Under the pieces are notes generated by a model. That model did no database searches. It saw only the letters and a list, made by a program, of their open reading frames with translations, and was not told where the DNA came from. The position numbers and the translations under genes are program-made. From NCBI RefSeq assembly GCF_009914755.1, contig NC_060936.1: a stretch of 64,000 bases of DNA. One strand, 5' to 3'. This DNA is from the human T2T-CHM13v2.0 reference genome, Homo sapiens. Of this stretch, positions 30,536 through 46,866 are shown piece after piece; positions within the stretch are counted from its first letter, which is position 1; every line of letters starts with the position of its first letter.

Positions 30536-30553
30536 GCAGATAAAAAAATGTCC

Positions 30554-30881
30554 TTTTTCTCTTTATATATATATATTTTTATTATACTTTGAGTTCTAGG
30601 GTACATGTGCACAACGTGCAGGTTTGTTACATATGTATACATGTGCCATGTCGGTGTGCTGCACCCATTAACTCGTCATTTACATTAGGTATATCTCCTA
30701 ATGCTATCCTTCCCCTCTCCCCACACCCCACAACAGGCCCCGGTGTGTGATGTTCCCCTTCCTGCGTCCAAGTGTTATCATTGTTCAATTCCCACCTATG
30801 AGTCAGAACATGCGGTGTTTGGTTTTTTGTCCTTGCAATAGTTTGCTGAGGATGATGGTTTCCAGCTTCATCCATGTCCCT
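30554..30881 (-). mobile_element. 5'-truncated L1PA (PA5-like) 3' end
   Basis: Antisense L1PA 3'UTR (TACTTTGAGTTCTAGGGTACATGTGCACAACG...TCCATGTCCCT). Confidence 0.92.
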
Positions 30882-33402
30882 TAAAGCAGATTAATGTATA
30901 AAACAGTCTTCGAACTAACTTGGACTTACAAATTTGCACATTTTCTTTTAAGAGCATTTCATATTTTCTACTTTACTTCCGAATTTTCAAGCTGAGAAAT
31001 TTTGTTTATAATTTTATTTTCTGTGGATTTTATAAGGCACTACAAGATCACTGTAGATTAAAAATTAAATAGTAAACAGTCCCTAACTTCAAGTTGTTCA
31101 TAATTTATCACAGGCACTGAGGTGGATGCCTAAATGGCATACTCATATACAGGAGAGAGGTCAGAGGCCAGTCTAGCAACTGAATTTTGTGGATTTGTCA
31201 GTAAGAATTAGAAAAGTAGTTGTGATGTTCATGACAATAGGGTGAAAGAAAGATGTAAAAGATGTCATGTGAAGACTGAAAAGTATTTTCCTTTTTGAGT
31301 TAGACACAATAGTATGTAGTCTTTTTCAGTCTGTTTTAAAGCCCTTAGGCATGAACAGTAATGTATTCAGGATCTGTGGAACAGGTAACATAGTGAACTG
31401 CCAGAGCGAGGAGAACCAAGAAGTGGAAAAGAGCAGTGAACTAAGTAAATCCTTAGATCTATGTCATCTCAAATTGGCAAATTTGCTGATATTGTGATTG
31501 ACTTAAGTATCAATAATATCAACAAAAATATTGGTAGTTCATCTAAATTTTAAAATTCAGGTTTTTCTGTTGTTTTCTTTAAATATCTAAGTCAGTTCCC
31601 CACTTACTGCCCATGGCAATTCAAATTCCCTGATTAACACTGGAGCTTTTTGCAAGATTTGAAAATCTTTCTCAAGATCATAGTTTATTCAACCTTTGTT
31701 TTGAATTTTTCAAGTAATTCAAACCTCACAACCATATTATGCTATTATTAATAACCATTTTAAAGAAACTGAGGAAGGGATATTGAAATAGCTTCTCAGA
31801 TCTATCCAACTATTAATATTAAGTAATGTGAAAAAGAATAAAACCCAGAATGTCTAAATTATTTAATATCTATTTTTAAAATAAAGTCCTGAGTTATTCC
31901 AGAATAAATTATTTAACCTAGTCCTAAGATTAAAATTTTTGTTTTGAAATCTCACATATTTGAAGGACACGTGACTTTTTTACACCACATTGTCTGAATT
32001 AATTAGCAAAGGTATTGCAAGCAAACCAACAGCATAATAGTGAACACTTCCTCATATCTTAAAAAATCAAATTTTATAGACTTTCTAAACTATGAAAAAT
32101 TTACATTTGTCATTCAACAAACTTATTCTGTGTCAGTACCTGTTTCATCCATTTAGATGCAACAGTGTATGAAAACAGACAAAGATTTCTGTTCTTAAAA
32201 GTTTACAAAGAGGAGAGCCTGCCAATATAAAAATGAATATATAAATTTTGAAGTATGCAAGAAATTAATCAATACTATAAAGAAATAGTAGAGCAAGGAA
32301 AGCATTTTTAATACTATCTAGAATTTTCAAATCTTCTTATGGTTTAAAGTATAGTCATGATACTCTCTTGGGTAAAGTGAGTAGGGCTGGTAGGTGCCTG
32401 CATGTATGCATGTGTGTGTGTGAATAACTGTGTATTGCTATTTAGAAGAGTTAGGGTGGTCAAACTCTAAAAAGATTCACATTGAAATAGTCATCTTCTA
32501 AAAGGTCACATGATATGTTACCTTAGCTATTTTTTTTATACTTGAAATACCTTGGGCAGTAACAACTCTTCCCAAATTTGATTTAAATGATAAAAAGAAA
32601 GATCAGTGAATGACTATAGTTATAAAAAATGTCTATAACAACTGTCAGCAATCTCCAGCAATTTATGGTACTCTTTGTAAGCGAAATGACTTTATTATAG
32701 AGCAAGAGTGGAGCCTTTTCACTTTCAAAGTTACCTACATCTAGCTGCAATTGTTGGTAGGATTAAGCCTCATCAAAAATAAAATTGGGAGTAAGGAAAA
32801 ATCCTAGAAATCAAAGTTGCAAAAAAGACTAGAATAGAAAACTGATCACACTTTGGAAGTTACTCTGACTAAACACTGAAAAACAAAATGCCTTTTTAAT
32901 ACTTATTATTATCATTAACTTTGGAAAGAGAAAGGATCCTAAGTTAATTTAACCGTTAGTCAATTTTACATGAATACATAATACCCTAAATAAATATCTT
33001 GTTCATTAGGTAAGCATATAGTTTTATGATAAAATTTAAAATCTATGCTTCTATTATGATTCAAATTTACACAAATTTATTTGGAAGACACAGTCATATT
33101 ATTTTTATTTTCTATAAAAGTTTTGGAAAAAAATACACTAAAGAAATACTGCATTGTAAAAACCACTCTTGCCATTAGAGAACATGTAAGTGTTCTTTCA
33201 TGTATAAGTAATAAAGAATCAACATTTGCTGCTTTTGGAAACAAAATGAAACAAGAGAGGAAATATGTCTAGCTTTTAGGGCAATTTGGTAATATTTGAG
33301 AAACACAGCCTGACAACTCAAAGGGTATTTTTTAATGTTTATGTAAATGTATACATATGCATACATGTGTACATATAAGTATATATATCCAACATATAAA
33401 CA

Positions 33403-33678
33403 TGTATGTATGTATACATATATAGATATGTACACATATACATATGTATGTATACATATATAGATATGTACACATATACGTATGTATACATATATAGATA
33501 TGTACACAAATACATATGTATGTATACATATATAGATATGTACACAAATACATATGTATGTATACATATATAGATATGTACACATATACATATGTATGTA
33601 TACATATATAGATATGTACACATATACATATGTATGTATACATATATAGATATGTACACATATACATATGTATGTATA
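33403..33678. repeat. AT-rich minisatellite, ~7 copies of a 38-bp unit CATATGTATGTATACATATATAGATATGTACACATATA
   Basis: Seven TAGATATGTACAC cores counted. Embedded in a (TA/CA/TG) low-complexity tract ~33340-33730. Confidence 0.92.
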
Positions 33679-34831
33679 AGTAGTTAATGATGTATAAACA
33701 TATGTACGTATGTGTGTATATATGTATATACAAATTTGATAGTTACATGCTACTTATAGTTTTTATAAAAACACATATTGCTGTAACTCTTTATTTCTCC
33801 AACTTTGCTGCAATTAACACAAAATAGGTGCTAAATGATTTTTATTCCTGTTGATGCTCTCTTCCCTTCTCTACAATAAAACAACCTTTTGTATTGTTTT
33901 TGTTTCTTTTTTTTTCTTCTTGCTGAATTTGAATATAGGTTCTCTTCTTCCTTAATCACATCAGGACATTTTCCACACTCTGAAATACCCAGTCACTTTG
34001 AAGTAAAACTACCCATATATTATTGTGAAAATGTTAGAATGTGAGAAATACAATCTTTCAACGTAAAACAAAACATTCCAAAATAAAACATGCCTATAAT
34101 CCCAGCAGTGATCATAACAAACATCAAAGAGACAATGAGGGATATCTAAATGTCTTAATAAAAGTTAAACCTAATAAGCATCTATTGGTTTATAATGCTA
34201 TAAATTCTAATGTTTTGTATAGGAAACATGTATATTTCATTTTCTTTTTAAAATTTTCTTGGTAAAAAATGTACAGCTTTCTTTTATAGCTCAGTCTAGA
34301 GGGTTATAAAGAAGCCTGAAATAATTGTCTTCTAGACTTAACACCAAGGACAAATGGAATTGGCAAAGATTTTTTTAAAGTTACAAAACTTAGTGTGAGG
34401 GAAATGATTGCTCTCATATGCTTTTGTTAGCAGTGTGCATTGACACAACCTTCTGGAGTTTAGTCTAACAACACAGATTAAGAGACATAAATGTGTGTAT
34501 TACCCTCTGATGTAGCATTTCCATTTCCAGAATTTATATTTTTTAAAATGTCAAAGAGATACACAATATTTAGAGGCAAGAATCTTCATAGCAGTATTAT
34601 TTGCATACACATACATATACATAAAGAATTAGAAGCATCTACATGTCCAGCAATATGGATATGATTATCATTATACACACACATGCAGACACGCACACAC
34701 ACATAATAGAATTCTAGTTAACTATCCAAAATGATTTGAAAGAAAATAAATCATATTGAAAAATATTTAAAGTTTCTTTTTAACTAAAATGGTAACAACA
34801 TGGTACGTATAAATAATATATTTTTATTTAT

Positions 34832-34960
34832 TTTTCACTTTTTTTAAAGAGATGGGGTCTTGCTATGTTTCACAGGCTGGTCTTGAATTTCTGGCCTCAA
34901 GCAATTCTCCCATCTCAGCAATTCCAAACTGCTGGAATTATAGGCATGAGCCACCACCTG
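34832..34960 (-). mobile_element. FLAM/AluJ left monomer
   Basis: GAGATGGGGTCTTGCTATGTT...GGCATGAGCCACCAC, single monomer. Confidence 0.8.
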
Positions 34961-35113
34961 TATTTAACAATATGTTCTAAATACAATAATGTATTTTTAA
35001 AAACATATATATTATTTATTAGGGCAGCATATATTAAAATATCCCTGATAGTGACAATTTCTAGGTTGTAAAACAGTCCTCTTTTTTCTTATTTGTATTT
35101 TCTAAACATGTCA

Positions 35114-35116
<3 letters not shown>

Positions 35117-35158
<42 letters not shown>
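35117..35158. repeat. (CA)21 microsatellite
   Basis: Uninterrupted CA run read directly. Confidence 0.97.
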
Positions 35159-35159
<1 letters not shown>

Positions 35160-36047
35160 GCAAGTCTTCTTTTTCAAAGAACAGAATAAATTGATATAAG
35201 TTGTATTTTCACACCAAAGTATTCTTAGACCATTTTCAAATTTGATAAGGGTATTTCCACTTCTACAAACAAACATTAGAACAACACTACACTATTTTTA
35301 CACAATTTTTAATCAGCTAAATTAAAAAACTGTGTAAATATGCTTGAGCAACAAAATTTATAGATATCACATTTTAGTAAAGTTACTCTTGAGAATCCAA
35401 ATACTGCTATCAATTCTGTCTTCAATTCTCAGCAGATTGACATAGTTATAATGTTTTCTATAATTATCAACTTGAAAAAGTTGACACATTTTTATTTTTA
35501 ATTATATATATACTCGGGATAAGGATAATCTCTTTAAAAAATGAAAAATTCAAAGGATTGAAGTTTACATGAGTATGATCTTAGTAATTTACATTTTCTA
35601 CCTTCTAAATGTATATGTTGTTGAACAGAATTCCAACCTTATTTATTCTCGAGAAAGTATTACAAATATACTGTTTTCAAATATCTTTTAGAATTTTTAG
35701 AAGTGTTTTCGTATTTAAAAGTTTTCAGCTTGTTAGAACAAATTTTCTCTAACGTATAAAGTCTATTTTCCTGGGTGAAGTTGCAAAGATTGTCAGAGAT
35801 TAATTAAGATGTCCAATGAAATTATAGTCATATATGATACAACGCATAATTTTCTTTAGGTCACAGAATTTACAATTTCATATTTATTTAGCAGAGCAAA
35901 TGTAAATTTTGTAATTTGTTTTATTTGACCAGTTCTACTTGTTTATAAATTTCAAAGGAGAATAACTGGGTTTAATGCTAATATTTCTTTCTTGTATTTA
36001 TTTACAAATGTATCGTGATTCTTACATAAAAGTTCAAGGCATTAGTT

Positions 36048-36371
36048 TGTCTTAGTTACTTCTGGCTGCTATAACAAAATATCATAGACTGGGTGATTGT
36101 AAACTACAGAAATTTATTTCTCACAGTTTTGACGTCTGAGAAGTTCAATATCGAGGATGGTTAGATCCTTCTTCTTGTTGTGTCCTCACATGGCAGAAGG
36201 GGTGAAGGAGCTATCTGGGTTTCTTTTATGAAAACACCAGTCCTGTTCATGAGGGTAGTACCCTCATAAACTAGCTACCACCCAAAAAGTCCCAGTTCCA
36301 GATATCATCACATTGTACATTAGGTGACAACAAATGAATTTTAGGGAGACATAAACATTCAGTCTACAGCA
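36048..36371 (-). mobile_element. MLT1A/MLT1A0 MaLR solo LTR
   Basis: TGTCTTAGTT..GGCTGCTATAACAAAATATCATAGACTGGGTG...ACATAAACATTCAGTCTACAGCA. Confidence 0.85.
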
Positions 36372-36879
36372 CTGTTTTCTATGAGTGAGCAGGAACAAAA
36401 ACAAGAGATATAATTCCTCCTTATAGAGGCTATTATTTAATAAATAACATTTTACCCCCCAAAATTCTTAGTTTGAAGTATTTTATAAACATATAATTAG
36501 ATGAGTGTGTATTGTTTCTATTCTAAATAGAAAAGTCCACATTTCTTGAAGGAAAATCAAAAGGTTTTGTGGAGTGCAAATTATTGGAAGTACAGTTTAC
36601 TTAGAAAAGTATGTTAGGTGCATAAAATGAAAGTTTTGAGTGTAAAGGCAGTGACAATATATTTATATTTTAGACAAAAGGGGCTCATTTGCATTATGGA
36701 GAGTGATTCTATTATTTTCTGAATCAGTTCACTCCAACATATTCATATGGCACTTATTTATTTGCAGAACTTTAGACTTCAGTAGAGCCTGTAAGTCTCC
36801 TACTTGGCTTCATTTCTGCCTCACTCATCCATGCCTTTCCAGCCATTCTCCCTGGTGTCATTAGAGTGATCTTGATGTT

Positions 36880-39428
36880 AAGACAAGATGGCCTACTAGA
36901 TGCAGCCAGGAAGTGCCACTTGCACAGAGAGAGACCAAAATATCAAGTACACCAACATATTTTAAACAAATATTTAGAGAGAAAACAACAAGAGTTATTA
37001 AAGACGCAAGGTAAACACTGTGGCTAAAGAGCAAAAAAGCATGAAATCTTGTGCAGGGTTGCTGAATGCCAGGGCTAATTTCCAGTCCAGATCAGCTTCT
37101 AGAGAAGGTGTGAGTAAAGGGATGGTGAGGTGGACCACTCTCACAGCAGATCTCTGGGATCCCAGCTACAAGAGATGCCATGACACCAAAGACATTTGAA
37201 CTGACAGGAGAATCAGCCCAGAGAGTAGACAGAGACAGAGACCCATGCTGCAGAGCCGAGGAGCTTCTGTGTTCTGAGGTAGCTGCAGTGGAACACCACC
37301 ATAGGCACCCTTCTCTAGAGGCTTTCTGTCTTTCTCTGAAAAGCTTTAACTAACCCCAGCTGGCCACCAGGCCAAGAGAGAGCAGAACCAACTTTCCTGC
37401 AGGACTGGGTACATCTGTTCTGCATGTTCCCCTGCCTGCTAGCCTGGCTTAAGGCCCCTCCCTGGCTACTCTCACAGACGTATGTGCACAGTACAGCCTC
37501 TGCTGCCCAACCTGGTGCTTTGCCTGCAGTCCCACCTGAGTACTTTCCCAGTAGGCTGAGAGTAGTTAGGATCCCCCAACACAGCCAGTGTCTGATCTCG
37601 AGGGGCAAAAGGATGTAGCTGAGTGTTGATCCCAATCCCTCAGGGCTGCAGCATGCAGCATGGGAGGATCCCCCACACTCAGAACACTGAGAGGGGTGAG
37701 AAATGTGGGTTTGTGGACCGGCGTGGGAGTGGGCTGTGGCTCCAATCACAGGGCTGGTCCAGGAAGAGTGAGACCTGTCAGTCAGCCCGACAGCCTTTCC
37801 TGAGAGAGCCCAAATGCCCAGAACACCTGCCAAAGGAAATGTGGACATGGCACCAGTGATCAGAGGAGGCTCCCCCAAGGCCCAAGAGCAGGCTTGGTGA
37901 GTGGGGTCAGGTCTTTCCCCAGCCCACCAAAAAGCACCACTGTGAATTCAATGAAATACAATATAGCCACACAGCTGATTTAGAGGCTATCTTCTGGCCA
38001 TTACTCTTAAGCACCATCTACTAGATTACAGTTCAAATTACAACATCAAAAATATTCTGCCAGTATGTACTACCTGTGACACCCAGGGCAAGAATCCAGC
38101 CACAAATAAAAATCCTGTATAAAGGCTTTTCCTTCTAAAGGACTCAGAAACAAAGCTTACAGACTATACTAAACTCAAAGAACAATAGCTTCTGATGAGA
38201 AAGAATCGGCATAAGAATGATCCCAATTCAAAAAGTCAGAGTGTCCTCTTACTTCCAAATGAGTATGCTAGTTCTCCAGCAATGTTTCTTAACCAGACTG
38301 AAATGACAGACAGATAATTCAGAATCTGGATGACAAATAAGCTTATCAAGGTTCAGGAACAAGTTGAAACCCAATCCAAGAAATCCAAGGAATCCCATAA
38401 AATGATCTAAGAGCTGAGGAAAAAAGAGCCATTCTAAGAAAGAAGCAAACCAGACTTCTGGAATTGAAAAAATCACTACAAGAATTTCATAATATAGCCT
38501 GTAGCATAAATAGCAGAATAGACCAAAAATTAGGAATGTCAGAAATTGAACATTAGTTCAAGTCAACTCACTCAGAAATTAATAATAAAGAAAAGAAATT
38601 TAATGAACAAAATCTTCAAGAAATATGGGACTATGTAAAGAAATACAACATTTTACTCCCTGGCATTCTTGAGAAAGGAGAGGGTAAGCAACTTGGAAAA
38701 TATATTGGAGGATACAATCCATGAAAATGCCCCCAATCTTTCTAGAGAAGTTGACGCGCAAATTTGAGAAATACAGAGAACCCCTGTGAGGTACTATATA
38801 AGACAACAACCTCCAAGACACATAATCATCATATTCACCAAGATCAGTGAAGGAAAATAAATCTTAACAGCAGCTAGAGAGAAGGGTTGGGTTACTTACA
38901 AAGAGAATCACATCAGGATAGCAGTGAAAATCTCAGCAGAAACTTTACAAGCCAGAAGACATCGGGGCCTATTTTTAGCATCTCTAAAGAGAAGAAATTC
39001 CAACCATAAATTTTATATCCCACCAAACTAAGCCTCATAAAGGAAAGAGAAATAACATCCTTCTCAGACAAGCAAACATTAAGGGAATCCATTATCGCTA
39101 GACAAGCCTTATAAAAGGTCCTTAAACATGGAAGCAAAAGAACAATACCCAGTACCACAAAAACACAAATAAGCACATAGCTCTTCTATTAAGTAATTAT
39201 GTAATCAAGTCTACAAAACAACTGCCAAACAACATGATGACAGGATTGAAATCTCACATATCAATACTACCCTGGAACGTAAATGGTCTAATTGCCCCAC
39301 TTAAAGAGGATAGAGTAGAAAGGTCTATGAAAAGACAAGACCCGACTGTCTGCTCTTTTCAAGAGCACCATGTCACATCTAATGACATGTACAGGTTCAA
39401 CATAAAAGAACAGAGAAAGATCTATCAT

Positions 39429-39467
<39 letters not shown>

Positions 39468-39847
39468 AGCATGAGTTACTATTCTTACAAGAGAGAAAAC
39501 AGACTTGAGACCACCAACAATCAAGAAGGAAAAAAAAGGGATAAAGGTTCAATTTAATAAGAAGACTTAACTATCCTAAATATATATGCACCCAGCATTG
39601 GTGTACCCAGATTCATAAAATCAGTTCTTCTTGACCTATGAAAAGTTTTAGACACCCACACAATAATCGTGGGACACTTTAATAATTCACTGATGGCATT
39701 AGAAAGATTATTGAGGCAAACAACTAACAAAAAAATTCTGGACTTAAGCTGAACACTCACAAAAGTGGACCTAACAGACATCTAGAGAATACTCCACACA
39801 ACAATCACAGTTTATATATTCTTCTCATGTGCCCACAAAACATTCTT
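36880..39847 (+). mobile_element. Old primate L1 (L1PB/L1PA15-16-type) 5'UTR + ORF1 + start of ORF2 endonuclease, 3' part absent
   Basis: Starts CAAGATGGCCTACTAGATGCAGCCAGG with a GC-richer 5'UTR. ORF1 motifs (CAAGAAATATGGGACTATGTAAAG). ORF2 start peptide MTGLKSHISILPWNVNGL. Confidence 0.85.
39430..39462. repeat. (CA)n microsatellite inside the L1 endonuclease region
   Basis: ~16 CA units, read directly. Confidence 0.93.
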
Positions 39848-41144
39848 ATTTTTTAAGTTTAAAAGACAGAGTGTTTTAACGTCAGTCTGTTGATAGTTAA
39901 ACCCAGTGAGTAAACATTGGGAGTCTTTGCCTAGAGATCTGGATTCTGCAAATTAATCAATCGTCAAATTTTCAGGCTCAGCAAAGCAGTTTTATCTGAG
40001 TGCTTAAAATGGATATACCAATCAGGGGAAAGACTGATATCAATTGAATGCTTGCAAGAGACTGGTGTATAAACTGAAGTTCCAATCGTTTTAATTTATA
40101 ACAATAACTGTGACAGAAGAATCAGAATAATTATGCTATCATGGTCACGTCTTTCTCTCTCTGTAAAACAAGCAAATGATGATTTCTTGAATAGCAATGG
40201 AGTCATTTGGTACCAGTGTTTAAAGGGATCATTCTCTGTGAAAGAGATCTATTAATACAAGAGCCAGAACATTCCTACTCCTAACTAGTGTACATTTAGA
40301 TACTGATATATAATGCCTTAGAGCTAGTTTTCCAACTTTCCACTTTGATACATGTATTCTTTCCTTGAATGTATCCAGTTAGGACTAAGCCCTGGAAATT
40401 GTTTTGCTCCAAAAGGTGACTTTGCAGATCAGACTTAATTATCTGCATTGCTTGAACTCCTGGAAGGTGGTCTTTATTTCTTATTCGTAAGTTTTGGAGT
40501 GGCTATTGACTTTAGTTGTCATAAACTTACCAATTTAGAAAACAAGTATTTCCGAATTTTGATGTTTATAATTGTGCTCTTTTAGGGGTTCTTGATTTTC
40601 TTAGAGCTGAAGAAGTTAGTATGTGTTTGACAAATGTCTGAAGATTTTATATTTCTAACTACCAATGGTTAAGTTTAAATATATTTACATAATATGTCAT
40701 TTTAAGGTAATTTGACTTTTATGCCATTTGAAATTTCAAATACAATCACAAATAAAGCAATGAAGAAAATTAAGCTTCCAATTTTATTCTAAATACTATT
40801 CTTTCCTGAAAGTTTCCCAGGAGACTTACTTTAGTTGTTAAATTTCTGTAATTTTACTAGCTTGACATAAATGTTAAAAGTTTGTTTTTACATAAATAAA
40901 CATTGCGTCTAAAATAAACCTTACTTTCTTAACATCATAAGTTTATATCAAAATAAAAACAAATAAATTTTGAATGTGGAATGTTATTTGTAAGCTAATG
41001 AAATCATTTAGGAATAAAACCAGGATTGAAACTATAAGAGCGTTTTAATTCATAACTCACAAGATATAGATTAAGAAAGGTAGCATTAGCTGCCTGAAAT
41101 CAGTGGTAACATAAGAGTAATAAAAACACAGTATGCAAAATATT

Positions 41145-41490
41145 GGCTGGGCATAGTGGCTCATGCTTGTTATCTCAACACCTTTGGGAGGCTGAAGTGA
41201 GAGGATAGTGTGGACCTACAACATAGTGAATTCTCAGTATGTTGCCCAGGAGTTTGAGATCAGCCTGGGCAACACAGTGGAACCTTGTTTTCTACAAAAA
41301 AAAAAAAAAAATAGAAAAATTAGCTGGGCATGGTGGCACATGCCTATAGTTCCAGCTACTCCAGGAGGCTGAGGCAAGAGTATCGCTTCAGCCAGGGAGA
41401 TTGAGGCTGCAGTGAGTGGTGACCATGGCATCGTACTCCAGCCTGGGTGACAGGGTGAGACCCTGTCTCAAAAAAAAAAAACAAAAAACC
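41145..41490 (+). mobile_element. AluJ with an extra ~30-bp segment in the left monomer
   Basis: Dimeric J-type Alu (GATTGAGGCTGCAGTGAG, GAGACCCTGTCTC). Non-Alu segment at ~41209-41243. Confidence 0.9.
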
Positions 41491-41925
41491 CAAAATGAAA
41501 CAAAACATCATTCACTAATTTATCTAAGGCAGATACCTACAATGTCCTAGATTTTGTTTTCTCTCTTGAACTATCCAGTGAGTAAGCAAATTAGATTTAT
41601 TCTGTCCTTTATATATTTCACTTCCAATAAATGGCTTGAAGAGTTTCAGTGGTCTTCAGTTCTCTGATTTTTCTCCCAATAAGAACCTCAATTCTAAAAT
41701 CTATGAGGAACCGTATTATTTCTCAGTTGGAGATTATTCTTCACAACATTGCACCCAAGAACTTTCAAGCATAACAGTCCTTCTTAACATTAAGATATAT
41801 CAGAGCACATTATATCATATGATTGAAGTTCTATTAGCTGCTATAAATGGTAGAATAAAATTAATAATACTTTAAAATAAATTTCTATTTCATCAGCAAA
41901 AAAAATGTGGTTATTTTAAAAAGAG

Positions 41926-42822
41926 TGGTAACAATAGGAGACAGAGAAATTCTGGGCAGACAGAGGTGGGTCCCTGGCAAAACCCCACCTTCAAGCCAAA
42001 AAACTTGAAATCTGTGGCCCAAAGTGGGAGCTTCTATCCCTGTGTGCCCACTCTAACCCAGCTGGTGCTCTCTGAATAACATCTTTTTGCCAGTCGAATG
42101 TTGCCTTTTCCAAAACTACCTACAGCCTGCCCTGTGCCTATCTTGTGCCTATAAAGACCCCAGACTCAGCCAGCAGAGGACAGAAGCAGCTGGATATCAG
42201 GGAGAAGCGACTTAACTTCAGAGACAGTGGCTGGTTGAGGCAACTTAACTTCAGAAGAGAGAGGTAGAGAGGTGGCTTGACTTCAGGCAAGAGCAACTTA
42301 CACTTCGTGTCCCCTTTCCAGCTCCCCTCCCCACTGAGAGCTGCTTTCATCACCCAGTAAAATTCTCTACATTCATCACCTTTCAGTTCATCTGTGTGAC
42401 CTCTGGACATGCGACCTCTGAGAGACCTCTGGGCACTGCACAAGAATTTGGGACACACCAAGTGTGGGTACCCTAAAAGGCTGTCACACTAGCCCTTTCC
42501 TCTTGCTGCCAGAGGGCAGCTGCCCCAAACTACAAGGCAAAGGGCCTATTGAGCTGATAACACACTGCTATCTGTGGACAGCAGACCTAAAAGAGCATTG
42601 TAACATGCCCTCTGGGGCATTGGGATCACAGGCACCCTGACCTGGATGCTACTGTGGGACATGCATGAAGTTTAACTCCTGCTGGCACTGAAGCTGCTGG
42701 CCAGTTGCCACACTTGTTTGCTCATACACTCCCTCCTCCGAGGGGTTGAACCATGTGGGCTGAGTAAATGAGGCACCCTTGTCAGGAGTCCTGCAAAGGA
42801 GTTAAGAAATTATCCTGCATCA
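41926..42822 (+). mobile_element. ERV1 solo LTR, LTR28/LTR1-like (HUERS-P2 group)
   Basis: TG...CA termini. AGGAGACAGAGAAATTCTGGGCAGAC...AAACCCCACCTTCAAGCC, TATA-like GCCTATAAAGACC, AGTAAA polyA-like signal, ends ATCCTGCATCA. Confidence 0.75.
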
Positions 42823-42823
42823 A

Positions 42824-46866
<4,043 letters not shown>

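Noticed and set aside
30585-30625. Shared TTTGAGT variant between the short L1 fragments at 5.2 kb and 30.6 kb
   Set aside because: A single shared base and many other differences; no evidence for duplication or conversion.
33175-33733. 106-148 aa Y/I/M/C-rich ORFs
   Set aside because: Artefacts of the 38-bp AT-rich minisatellite.
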